DNA from: a virus
Lineage: Duplodnaviria > Caudoviricetes
Length of the DNA: 36,109 bases
Virus record (IMG/VR): IMGVR_UViG_3300021184_000030
Coordinates: 1-36,109 of that record
Strand: one strand, 5' to 3'
The number at the start of each line of letters is the position of its first letter. The first letter of the stretch is position 1. This document shows positions 1-9,000 of this stretch, piece by piece. The translations under genes were made by a program, and so were the position numbers. The notes below the pieces were generated by a model. It did not search any database, had not been told where the DNA came from, and saw nothing but the letters and a program-made list of their open reading frames with translations.

Positions 1-351
1 CAGCGATTTCCCATACAAAAAACCCCCATAGAGGATGGCATCGTTCCGCCATTCATACCCATTCGCTTGGTCCCAGGCTTGCTCGGCCGGGGTTCGGACG
101 ATGGGAGCGATGCCGGGCTTTTTGACGTAGAACGACAGGGACGAACTGGGCGCGGTCAAGGGGAAGTAATAGGCACTGTAGTCCGCCGACCAATACACCT
201 GGCGGCCGTTCGGCAAGTAGAAGTTGCCCGCGGTGTTGGTGACTTGCACCGTCGCCGGGAGTAACAGCATCCCGTTCACCAGCCGCCCGTGGTAGGGAAA
301 CCCTAGGATCCCAGGGTCATTCTCCTTGACGATGTGATCGAGCTGGATCAC
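1..351 (-). CDS. Tail-tip structural protein, N-terminal part (runs off the window)
   Basis: Not in the ORF track. GTG at 351 overlaps the TGA of the upstream gene. Reads MIQLDHIVKENDPGILGFPYHGRLVNG...YEWRNDAILYGGFLYGKSL with no stop before position 1. Confidence 0.7.
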   Translation of the reverse strand, partial: MIQLDHIVKENDPGILGFPYHGRLVNGMLLLPATVQVTNTAGNFYLPNGRQVYWSADYSAYYFPLTAPSSSLSFYVKKPGIAPIVRTPAEQAWDQANGYEWRNDAILYGGFLYGKSL

Positions 352-743
352 GGCAAGAGCGGCTCGGCGTAGATCAGTTCCACGCGTTGACCGGCGGCGT
401 CCATGAACACCGCCTTGGCGATCGGACGCACTTCAAAGGTGAAGAGGCCGTCCGACGAAGTCAGGGTTTGCGGGTCGTAGTATTCCCGAGCGGACACATC
501 CGGCTCGGTGAGGGGCGGGGTGATCCCCGCGGCCGTCGAGTCACTGTCGCCGCCCGCATCCGCGACATTCAGCTTGCCAATGCCGGTCTGGGCCTCGATC
601 GAAGCGGCTGTCCGCGCTGGGCCGAGCGTCTGGTGCTTCCGTTTCTCGGGCGGGGTGAGCTTGCCGATCTCCTCGGCCAGCCGCTCATCCGTCCGCCCGG
701 TCCAGGCGCGATTCAGCCCCGCGGTGGCGGCCTCCCCTACCAT
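348..743 (-). CDS. Minor tail protein (hypothetical)
   Basis: Translationally coupled ORF in the tail-tip cluster; C-terminal ...TSSDGLFTFEVRPIAKAVFMDAAG motif. Confidence 0.65.
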   Translation of the reverse strand: MVGEAATAGLNRAWTGRTDERLAEEIGKLTPPEKRKHQTLGPARTAASIEAQTGIGKLNVADAGGDSDSTAAGITPPLTEPDVSAREYYDPQTLTSSDGLFTFEVRPIAKAVFMDAAGQRVELIYAEPLLP

Positions 744-1168
744 TAGACGCTGGTCTCGCGCACGTTGGCGATCGCGACGGAGAGCTCCGTCGCCGTGCCT
801 ACCTGCCCAGTGGAATCATTGACCCGGATATAGATCGGGATGGCGTTGGCCGCCCCGGACAAGATCTGGGTGCCGATATTCAGGGACGCGCCGCCGACCG
901 CGGAGTTCAGGCCCGCCAAGGTGGTGGCCAGTTTGACCTCGGTCGCCGGATGTCCGGACGCCGGCACGGCGTCCACGACGCTGACCACGATCTGGTCCAC
1001 GCCCGGGTTGGAGTTGGCCTCGAGCTTCCGGCTCGCGGTCGTGGACCCTAGATAGAGGATTTTATCCACGGCCGGCGTGCTGCCGTCGGCGTTCTGGGCG
1101 CAAATCAGATTCCCAGCCAGTGGGGCTGTTAGGTTTGCGTCGGTGTACAGTTTGAAGCTTAGGGCCAC
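743..1168 (-). CDS. Beta-rich minor tail/virion structural protein
   Basis: GGAGG RBS before a GTG start; 141 aa, beta-strand-rich; lies in the tail cluster. Confidence 0.7.
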   Translation of the reverse strand: MALSFKLYTDANLTAPLAGNLICAQNADGSTPAVDKILYLGSTTASRKLEANSNPGVDQIVVSVVDAVPASGHPATEVKLATTLAGLNSAVGGASLNIGTQILSGAANAIPIYIRVNDSTGQVGTATELSVAIANVRETSV

Positions 1169-1182
1169 GTCAACCTCCGTGT

Positions 1183-3864
1183 TTAGGCCGCCATCACAAG
1201 TTCATCGTCCGGAATGGCGACGATGACCTCCGCCTGATTATACTTGATTGTCTCATCTGTGTTACTGCGGTGGATCGCCGGCGTCCCGATGACGAAGCGC
1301 GGCTCGCCGTAGCCATAATACAGCTTGCTCAAATCGAAGGTGCTGCGGGTGGCGGTCGCATCGGCCATATACCCGTAGATCGGGTCGTACGACAAGTAGG
1401 TGGTCCCGTTGACGCCCGACACGTAATCGTAAGGGGCGCCGGGCACCGGATTTTCCAGGAACCCGATCCAGGTCCCTAAGCGGCCGGTTGCCGTCACCTC
1501 GTCCTCGTCCGGCGACAGGGGTGCCGACACCGCTTTGGCCGGCGCGGCCAACACGGTCTCGGCCGGGACCGAATTGGCCACCACCTTGCTGATCGCCAGT
1601 CGCACGGTGGTCAAAGCCGAGCACGCGAAGGTGTCGAGCTCGTGCGTGATCTGCTTGACCTTCCCGGTCGCTTGCACGGACGCTGTGTCGACTCTGAGCT
1701 TGTGGAACCGCTCCAGCAAGGGGTTGAGTATCGTCTTGAACTGGACGACGTTGTTGCGGTGCGAGGCCAGGATCGCGGTCTTGGCCTGCGCTTGGGCACA
1801 GACGATCGCTTCCTCGGCGAGCTGCCGGCTGGACTTGCCGGTGCTCGCCGTGTACTCCATCAGAGGGCCCTCGTTCACCATCGCCCGGTCGGCGAACACG
1901 ACCAGAGCGTCGCCGCCGCCCCCGAGGCGGAGCGTCAGCTGGGTGGCGCTGGCCCCGGTGGTGAGGGTGACGCTGTACCGGGCCCACTGGGTGGAGAGGT
2001 AACACACCGTGGCCTCGGAGACCTCATCGTCATCGGACGCGGTCAGGTAGATCGACCGGCCGTTGTTCACGACATCCGTTTGGAGGTAAACCGACACGGT
2101 GTAGGTGACACTGGGCTCGACGTTGGCCGTGGTTTCCCGATAGGTGTTCGAGGCCAGAGTCAGTTTGTCGCCCTTGGCTTCGCCGTCCAGATTCACGGAC
2201 ACGTTGCTGACGACCCCGGCGCTGCCGGACCAGGCCGAAAGGTTCTCCGGGCTTGCGAGGAGGTTGACGATCTGGATCTCGTCGAGATCGACATACTCGC
2301 CATAATCGGTGCTGTTCGCCGCCGAGGGAAACGGATAACGGTACCAGGTGTAGCTGCCGGAGACGGCATCTGCGGGAGTGAACTGCTGGCTCACGACCCC
2401 CGCCGAACCGACCCGCCCTTCGACATAGGGCTTGTTCCAGGTTTCCTCGAACACATTATAAAAGTGGTAGGCGCTCGAATCCGGCTCGTAGGCGTAGCCC
2501 TGTTCTTCCGGGACCAACCCCATCTGCTCGATGGACTGCGGGGCTTTGACCAGAAACCGGCTGCGCTCGGTGATCTGCTGCGCCCAGCGCTTGGCCAAAG
2601 TGAAATTCGCGCCGACACAGATGCCGGGCGGATTGACCAGATAGCCAACATTGAGGGTGCCGTCGGAACCGGTGGTGTAATACTCGACATAGGAGGGCGG
2701 CGCGAAGAAGACGGGCGAACCGACCAAGGGCCAATCCACCCCTTGAATCGCCTCCTGGATCATGTTCGTCGTCGGCATCGGAATGCCGTCGACGGCCACG
2801 TCTTTCCAGGACAAGCTGAACGAGGACAAGAAGAAATCCCAAGCGTACCGCTGCCTCTGCTCGTGGATCCGGTCGAACCGGAACCCGATGTCAAGCTCCA
2901 CCTGGTTCACCACGCTCCGGCTGGACGCCAGTTCCACCGTGAGGGAGCCATCGACCAAGTGCCCGGCGGTGAAGGTGTAATCCGGACCCGACTGGGTGTT
3001 CCAGTAGGTCAGCTTGCCCACTCCATCGACCGTGAGGTCGTAACTGGCCGGGATCGTGGATAGTACGTCGTGGGCGTAATCCACGTTGCTGGCGTGCTCG
3101 TCGAACACCACACTCGACCAGGATCCGCCGAGTTCCGAGAGGATCTGCTTGCGCGAGGCTTGCTCGAAGCGCTTCTGCAGGAAGTCCGAGCATTTGAACG
3201 TGGTCAGGCGGGTGTTCGGGTCGTACTCCGGGGTATCCACCCGACCGATAAACAAGGGTTTGATTACGACGTCACCCGGGGTCGCCAGTTGGTAGTCGAT
3301 CCGAACCGGCTTGTTGACCCATGCCGAAACCGCGATCGGGCCGAAGGTCGGCATCATGACGAAGGTGGCGATGCGGGCCGCGCCTTCTTCCGCGTCGACG
3401 GTGATGAGGCCGGTGACGCTGGCCGTAACGTCGACGCCGTCGAGGTAAACCTTGACCGCCCACAACTGCGTGTCGCCGGGGGCTGGCAAGAACCCGCTGG
3501 GGTCGTAAAGCACCTGTTCGATCGTCGCCGCGATCGAGCCCGTGGTGTAAATCTGAAGCTCCAGGGTCGCCGAGATCGAACCGACCTGGTAGGCGATGAT
3601 CTGCTGTTCGATCGTCGCCGAAAGCGAGCCGACGTCGTAAACCACCTGCTGGACCGGGGCCTTGATGGTGTAGACGTCAGCCAGGATCTGCTGTTCGATC
3701 GTCGCCGAGACCGTACCGGTGGCGTAGATAGTCTGCTCGAGGGTCGCGCTGAGACTGCCCACCTCTGAAAAGCCGACGCCCCCGGAGGGATTCAGGTCAA
3801 TATCATAGTCCGGCGTGTACTGCCCGCCGGGGAGGGTCAGGTTGTAGCTGGGCGTGTACGGCAT
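1183..3864 (-). CDS. Central tail-tip/hub protein with N-terminal repeats and an inserted carbohydrate-binding-like domain
   Basis: 893 aa downstream of the tape measure and Dit-like gene. Six ~14-15-aa N-terminal repeats (GS[LI]SAT[IL]EQ). Segment NLLASPENLSAWS...YTVSVYL...WARYSVT...MVNEG resembles a CBM4/9 galactose-binding-like insert. Confidence 0.7.
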   Translation of the reverse strand: MPYTPSYNLTLPGGQYTPDYDIDLNPSGGVGFSEVGSLSATLEQTIYATGTVSATIEQQILADVYTIKAPVQQVVYDVGSLSATIEQQIIAYQVGSISATLELQIYTTGSIAATIEQVLYDPSGFLPAPGDTQLWAVKVYLDGVDVTASVTGLITVDAEEGAARIATFVMMPTFGPIAVSAWVNKPVRIDYQLATPGDVVIKPLFIGRVDTPEYDPNTRLTTFKCSDFLQKRFEQASRKQILSELGGSWSSVVFDEHASNVDYAHDVLSTIPASYDLTVDGVGKLTYWNTQSGPDYTFTAGHLVDGSLTVELASSRSVVNQVELDIGFRFDRIHEQRQRYAWDFFLSSFSLSWKDVAVDGIPMPTTNMIQEAIQGVDWPLVGSPVFFAPPSYVEYYTTGSDGTLNVGYLVNPPGICVGANFTLAKRWAQQITERSRFLVKAPQSIEQMGLVPEEQGYAYEPDSSAYHFYNVFEETWNKPYVEGRVGSAGVVSQQFTPADAVSGSYTWYRYPFPSAANSTDYGEYVDLDEIQIVNLLASPENLSAWSGSAGVVSNVSVNLDGEAKGDKLTLASNTYRETTANVEPSVTYTVSVYLQTDVVNNGRSIYLTASDDDEVSEATVCYLSTQWARYSVTLTTGASATQLTLRLGGGGDALVVFADRAMVNEGPLMEYTASTGKSSRQLAEEAIVCAQAQAKTAILASHRNNVVQFKTILNPLLERFHKLRVDTASVQATGKVKQITHELDTFACSALTTVRLAISKVVANSVPAETVLAAPAKAVSAPLSPDEDEVTATGRLGTWIGFLENPVPGAPYDYVSGVNGTTYLSYDPIYGYMADATATRSTFDLSKLYYGYGEPRFVIGTPAIHRSNTDETIKYNQAEVIVAIPDDELVMAA
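3500..3765 (-). repeat. Intragenic tandem repeats (about 6 x 14-15 codons)
   Basis: 17-bp ctgttcgatcgtcgccg at 3514, 3604 and 3691; peptide repeat SATIEQ. Confidence 0.85.
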
Positions 3865-5528
3865 TAGATCTGCATCCGGTGCATCTGGGCGTTGAAGTTC
3901 TGGTCAAGCTCGGCCTTGGTGAGATTCCGGTTGTAGAGCCTCAGGAAGTAGATTCGAGCCGTCCCTAAAGCCGCCGCGGCGGCATCCCCGCGGATGCCGA
4001 TACGCGGCAGGTTGGGCGGATCCACCGTGCTCGGGGAGACGAAAGTCCCGTCCCAAGTATTCTGTCCGCCCACCGGGTCGTAGGCGCCGTTCCGATACAA
4101 GAACGAGGCCTGCGCCCCGGTGCCGTCGATGGAGGCAGCCAGGTAGTTGAACGTCGACCCCGTAACCGTGGCGTCCGAGAACTTTTGCAACGCGGGGCTG
4201 CCGCCGGTGTCCCCGGCGACCAGGACCCCGTTCTTGAACAAGGCCGGGTAGCGGCAGAACTGGACACCTTGATGCACGTCGGTCGCCGTAAAGCCGGTGC
4301 CGGAATCGAAGATGGGGGCATCCGTCAGAGCCGTGCCGGCGTACAAAAACACCTCGAAGGTGAATTTCGCCCCGGCCTTGTGGAGGCTTTTGAGAAACGC
4401 CGTCGCGGCGGCCAAGGTAAAGAACTTGTACGGCGCGGTGAGGGAGAACGAAAAGTAGGGCTGGTTCGCCTGAGTCGCCGAGATCCCGTTGTTGATAGTC
4501 CCCGTGAACGTCGGGTCGGTGGTTTCTGAAGTGCCGTCCACGCCCCGATAGAAATTGTAGGCACTCGCCGCCGACCCGTCCGCCGGAGACGGAACGGAGT
4601 TCCGCCACAGTTGGTCCGAGGCGTTGGCGAAGTTTCGAGCGAACCCGGCGTCCAGAATGAAGACCAACCCGTCGGTCACCAACCCGCCACCCGGCATTCT
4701 CGCCAGGGAGAGAGGGTATTGGGTTACCGGTTGCACCACTTGTCCCTTGTCTCGCCAGGTCACGGTACCATCGACCACGGTGCCGCCGTTGGTGGGCCAC
4801 ACCGGTTCGGTCGCCCCGGTCGTGCCGGCCACCTCGCACTCGTAGTAATGCCCGACGGCCGGATCCGACGGGAAGATTAGATTTGTTAAGGATTTTGTTA
4901 CGCTGGACCGCCAGCGAGAGCCGTGATCGGCGTACGCCGTGATCATCAAAGGGGTGTCATCCGCCGTCGAGGTGTTGTGGTACCCGTAAAAGTTGGTCTT
5001 GGTGGTGACGGACTTCAGGACCGTGCCGTTCGTGGCGTTCGCGATCCGGACGGTAAACGTAGACTCGGCCAGGCTTTCCGTGATCGTCCCGGTCGCCCCT
5101 CGGAACGGAGGACAGTAGTCAAGGTAAAGCGAGATGCCCGAGGTGTTGGCAGTCAAGTTGCTCATCTGTCCAGCGATGATCCAGGACACGGCGTCGTTGG
5201 ACCAGGACACCCGCACCGAGGCCGGGTAGTTGTCCACGCCGTTGACCACGAACTTAATGGCGTCAGACTCCAAGGCGGCCCCCGCGCCGGCATCGAAGAT
5301 GAATTCGAGGGTCGCGACATCCGCCGCCGCGAAGGTGGCGCCGGTCACATTGCTGCCGTCTTGAAGTTCAGCCAAGGTCCCTGCAGTCGGTGTCTTGTTG
5401 CAATTGAGCGTCACGGTGTTGGAGACGGCGGAGCCCAAGCTGTAAAGCTCCAGCGCGTAAATGGCCAGATCAAACCCCGCGCCTCCGGTCACGGTGAATT
5501 GGTCAACTCTCCAGTAGCGTGCAGCCAT
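3864..5528 (-). CDS. Tail fibre / receptor-binding protein (discoidin-like N-terminus, LamG/ConA-like C-terminus)
   Basis: N-terminal ARYWRV...ELY...WSND discoidin-like; central GHYYECEVAGTTGATEPVWP...DGTVTW module; C-terminal LVTDGLVFILDAG...RLYNRNLTKAELDQNFNA typical of phage LamG-like domains. Confidence 0.75.
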   Translation of the reverse strand: MAARYWRVDQFTVTGGAGFDLAIYALELYSLGSAVSNTVTLNCNKTPTAGTLAELQDGSNVTGATFAAADVATLEFIFDAGAGAALESDAIKFVVNGVDNYPASVRVSWSNDAVSWIIAGQMSNLTANTSGISLYLDYCPPFRGATGTITESLAESTFTVRIANATNGTVLKSVTTKTNFYGYHNTSTADDTPLMITAYADHGSRWRSSVTKSLTNLIFPSDPAVGHYYECEVAGTTGATEPVWPTNGGTVVDGTVTWRDKGQVVQPVTQYPLSLARMPGGGLVTDGLVFILDAGFARNFANASDQLWRNSVPSPADGSAASAYNFYRGVDGTSETTDPTFTGTINNGISATQANQPYFSFSLTAPYKFFTLAAATAFLKSLHKAGAKFTFEVFLYAGTALTDAPIFDSGTGFTATDVHQGVQFCRYPALFKNGVLVAGDTGGSPALQKFSDATVTGSTFNYLAASIDGTGAQASFLYRNGAYDPVGGQNTWDGTFVSPSTVDPPNLPRIGIRGDAAAAALGTARIYFLRLYNRNLTKAELDQNFNAQMHRMQI

Positions 5529-5530
5529 CT

Positions 5531-6055
5531 TTAAACCTCTTCAGCGTTGATCGTCCAGCGATAAGTTCCCGTGGTCCGATTGAAGTCGGCCTGCGGGGGC
5601 TCGATAAATGCGGTGAATTGGGGGTAATACTCGACCATGTAGGCCGTGGCACCGGTGACCGCGGTCACGGTCGCGGTGTTGGTGACGACGCTGACCGAGG
5701 AGGGTAACCACATCCCATCCTTCAAGGCGTAACCGTTCGGTTCATAACCCGCGTCTGTGCGCCGGGCGGCAGGAAGGGCGATGACATTGCTCGGGGACTG
5801 AAGCGAGCGTTTGACGCCGCACTTCAGGGTTTGCTGGGTCTTCCAGGCAACGCCCGCGAGGCCGGGCGGAACGAACCCTTCACCAGACAAGGTAGTCCGG
5901 AGCTTCGACCAGTTGGACTGGCGAACGGCCGAGCCATCCGCCATGCGGAGGGTATTGACGCCGCCGAATTCTTCGTAGGTTTGCGAAAACTGAAGCGCCT
6001 GGGGGACCTCAATGATCGCGGTCCCGATAGCGAAATTGCGTGTCGTCCATCCCAT
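5531..6055 (-). CDS. Distal tail (Dit-like) protein
   Basis: Immediately follows the tape measure; 174 aa; contains RMADGSAVRQ..WSKL motif. Confidence 0.6.
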   Translation of the reverse strand: MGWTTRNFAIGTAIIEVPQALQFSQTYEEFGGVNTLRMADGSAVRQSNWSKLRTTLSGEGFVPPGLAGVAWKTQQTLKCGVKRSLQSPSNVIALPAARRTDAGYEPNGYALKDGMWLPSSVSVVTNTATVTAVTGATAYMVEYYPQFTAFIEPPQADFNRTTGTYRWTINAEEV

Positions 6056-9000
6056 CAGCGTCGCCCTTCCTTGAGCGCTTGGAGTGCAAGCAGTCGCTGT
6101 AGTGTATCAGCCGCGTTACTGTCGGCCAAGACGGGCACCCTCTCATTACTGATGTAGAGGTTGACCGGCGTCTTGTTGGAAACCTGTTCGGCAGCTTGTG
6201 ACAAGGTAGTGGCGGGGCTCACCGAGGGCAAATTGACCTCCGGGGCGGCCAAGTCCGGCAGATGGATACGCGCTGCCCGTTCAGCCAGGGAGGAGATGTT
6301 TCCAAGCCTTGGCCCACCACGTCTCAGGCGTTCCGTATAGCGCTCCGCATCAGCCAGGGAAATACCTTCGACGCCGTTGGCCGGGTTGCTGAAGGTGATC
6401 TCGGGCAGGGGCTTATGAACAGAGTCGACGAGACTGTCGGGAAGCGACGTCGGCGCCCCATAAGGGGATTGCGTAAATCTTTGCTCTCCTGTTTGGGGCT
6501 CCTTCTCAATAGGGGTAGAACGGTCGGTGTAGACCCTACGGCCACTCTCGTCCGCGTAACTAAAGATCTTCGGAGACGCCGCGTCGGTCGAGGCGGACGA
6601 AGCCGCCGAGGGGGCCGGCGTCGCCGCGCCCGTGGTGTCCGATGGGATCGGCTTCCCGTCGGGCCCCGAGATCGGCAATTCGACCGGATGGGCCTGGAGC
6701 TTGTCATCGAGCTGCGCCAAGAGCTGGTCGGCGACCGTGTCGACTTGCTTCGGGTCGAAGCCGATCTTCAGCTTGCCAAGATCCTCGATCCGCTTTTCCA
6801 AGGCGTCGATCTTCGCCTGTACCGCTGCTGCGTCCGCCTGAACCTGCAGCAGAGCGTTTTTGTCTCGGATCGCCCGTTCCTCCGCGGTGCTCACTTTCTT
6901 TTTCTGGGACTCCGCGGCGATCGTGGCGGCCTCGTCGACCACGCTTCCTGCGTCGAACCGGGAGACCGTGCCGTCCTGCAGCCCCGAGCGGACGAAATCG
7001 ACGACGCCCCTAGCATCCGACTCGGCTTCGTCGAAAGCGCCGCCCTTAAGCTGCTTTCTGGCGCGATCCAAGAGTTCCCGGATCCGGTCGGAGGGCGAGA
7101 TCTGCTCGTCGGACAGCTCGCGCTTGGCGTCGGCAAAGAAGTTTTGAGACTCCCGCTGTTTGCCCTTGGCTTCATTGAGCTTGTCGAGGGATTCGCGGTA
7201 CCGCTGCTCGGCGCTGGACAAGCGCTCGTTGATCTTCTGCAGCTTGTTGCGCTGAGTCTGCAGCTGTTTGTTCGATTTCTCGATCTCCTTCGAGGCACCC
7301 TGTTCCAGAGTCAGGCGCTTCGAGTGCTCCTCGTTCTGCTTCCGCCGAAGCCCTGCCTCCTGTTGAATGAGGTCGTCGGTGATCACTCCTTCGAGCTGGG
7401 CCTTCCGGGTCAGCAAGCGGTTGATGGCTTCCTCGGTGCCGGCCCGCTCCAGGATCAGGGCGCTGATCTTGTTCTGGTCCTTCTCGTCCTTGGCGACTGC
7501 GATCTGCTCGTCGACCACCCGGCGTTTGGTTTCCAGGATCTTGCTGAGCCGATCAACTTCCTTGAGATCGAGCTCGGATTGGCCCTCCTTCTCCTGTTCC
7601 GCGGCGTTTTTCTCGCGAGCGGCTTGCAGACGAGCTTTCTCCGCCGCGATCTCAGCAGCGCGTTGCTTGGCTTGATCAATCGCCGGCTGAATGGTGTCCT
7701 TGATGTTCAGGAGGCGAACGTAGTCGACATTGTCGAGCGACGCTTTGCCTTGGCTGACCAAGGCGTCAATCGCATTGTTAACCTGGAACCTGAATTCCTT
7801 GAGGATTTCGACTTGGCCGTTGACCGCCGCGTCCTGGATACTGACCAGGAGCGAGGACATGTCCGTTGGGGCAAGCTTGAGCTTGCCCGCCACCGTCATT
7901 GCGATGATCTTATCGGTCATAGCCTCCAGATCGCCCTGGCCGTTCAGAAGCTCCTGGCCTTTCTGCTCCAACCCCGCGTAGAAACTCTGCAGAGAGGTGA
8001 CGAAAGTTTTCGCCTCATCCACGGTCTTGGGTAGGGCTCCGGAGAACAACTCCGAGCCGTAGAGCTGTTCGAACTCCCTGAGCTTCGCTTCGCCCGATTC
8101 GCCGATGTCTTGACCCGAGGCCTTTTTATTCGACAGCCGTTTCAGTTCATCCAGAAGGTTCTGACGCACCACCCCCAGTTTCTGCACGAACAGCTGGAAG
8201 GCCAGCTCGTCCATCTCCTTGCCGTAGATCTGGTCCGCCAGCTGCCGGGCTTCCTCGGCAGGCCCGCCCTGGGAGTCCGCCGAAAAAGGGGCGAACTCCT
8301 GCTTGACCGCGTCGGTTTTCTGGAGTTTGGCCGTGCGCTGGGCCTCGATGCCTTCCAACCGGGTGTCGAGCGAAGGGCCTTTGGCGAAAAATTTGTCATA
8401 CACCACCTTGCCGGCAACCAGGGCTGAGGCCAGTAACCCGACCATCCGGCCGAGCGGGGTCCAGGAAGCAGCCGTGGAGATAACCTTCAGAGAGCCGGAA
8501 AGCTTAGAGAAAATCCCTTTGCCCAACGCCACAAGCCCCTGGAAGCCTGTGATCGCTCCACCGACGATGGCAAGCCCCGTGCCCGCCGTCCCACTGAGTT
8601 CGGTCAGATCCTTGGCGGTGCGGTTATCCGGCGACGCCGTCAACGAGCCAATCCCGCCGGCCAACCCGCCGAGGACGCCCAACGCCCCGCGGGCTAGTCT
8701 CGTGCCGGGAGACAAGAGGTAGGTCAAAAGCCCGGTGCCAAGCCCCGACAAGGCGGCCTTGCTGGTATCCTCACCCAAGGTCGCCTTGCGATCAATAATC
8801 CGGTCCTGCAGCGACTTCGCGCCGTCCGCCAGGGACTTGAAGAAACGGCTCACCACCGGGAGCCCGTCGCTCGCGATGGTGTGGGTCAGGGACAGGATGG
8901 TCTGGCCGAACCGCCGGATCTGGTTGTTGGCGGCTTCCATCTGGGTCTCGGACCCCTCGGCCGCGGCGCCCGCCCGCGACACCTGGGTGATGTTCTTCTC

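Noticed and set aside
3500-3765. CRISPR-like array
   Set aside because: Repeats are in-frame, degenerate protein repeats within a CDS; no cas genes.
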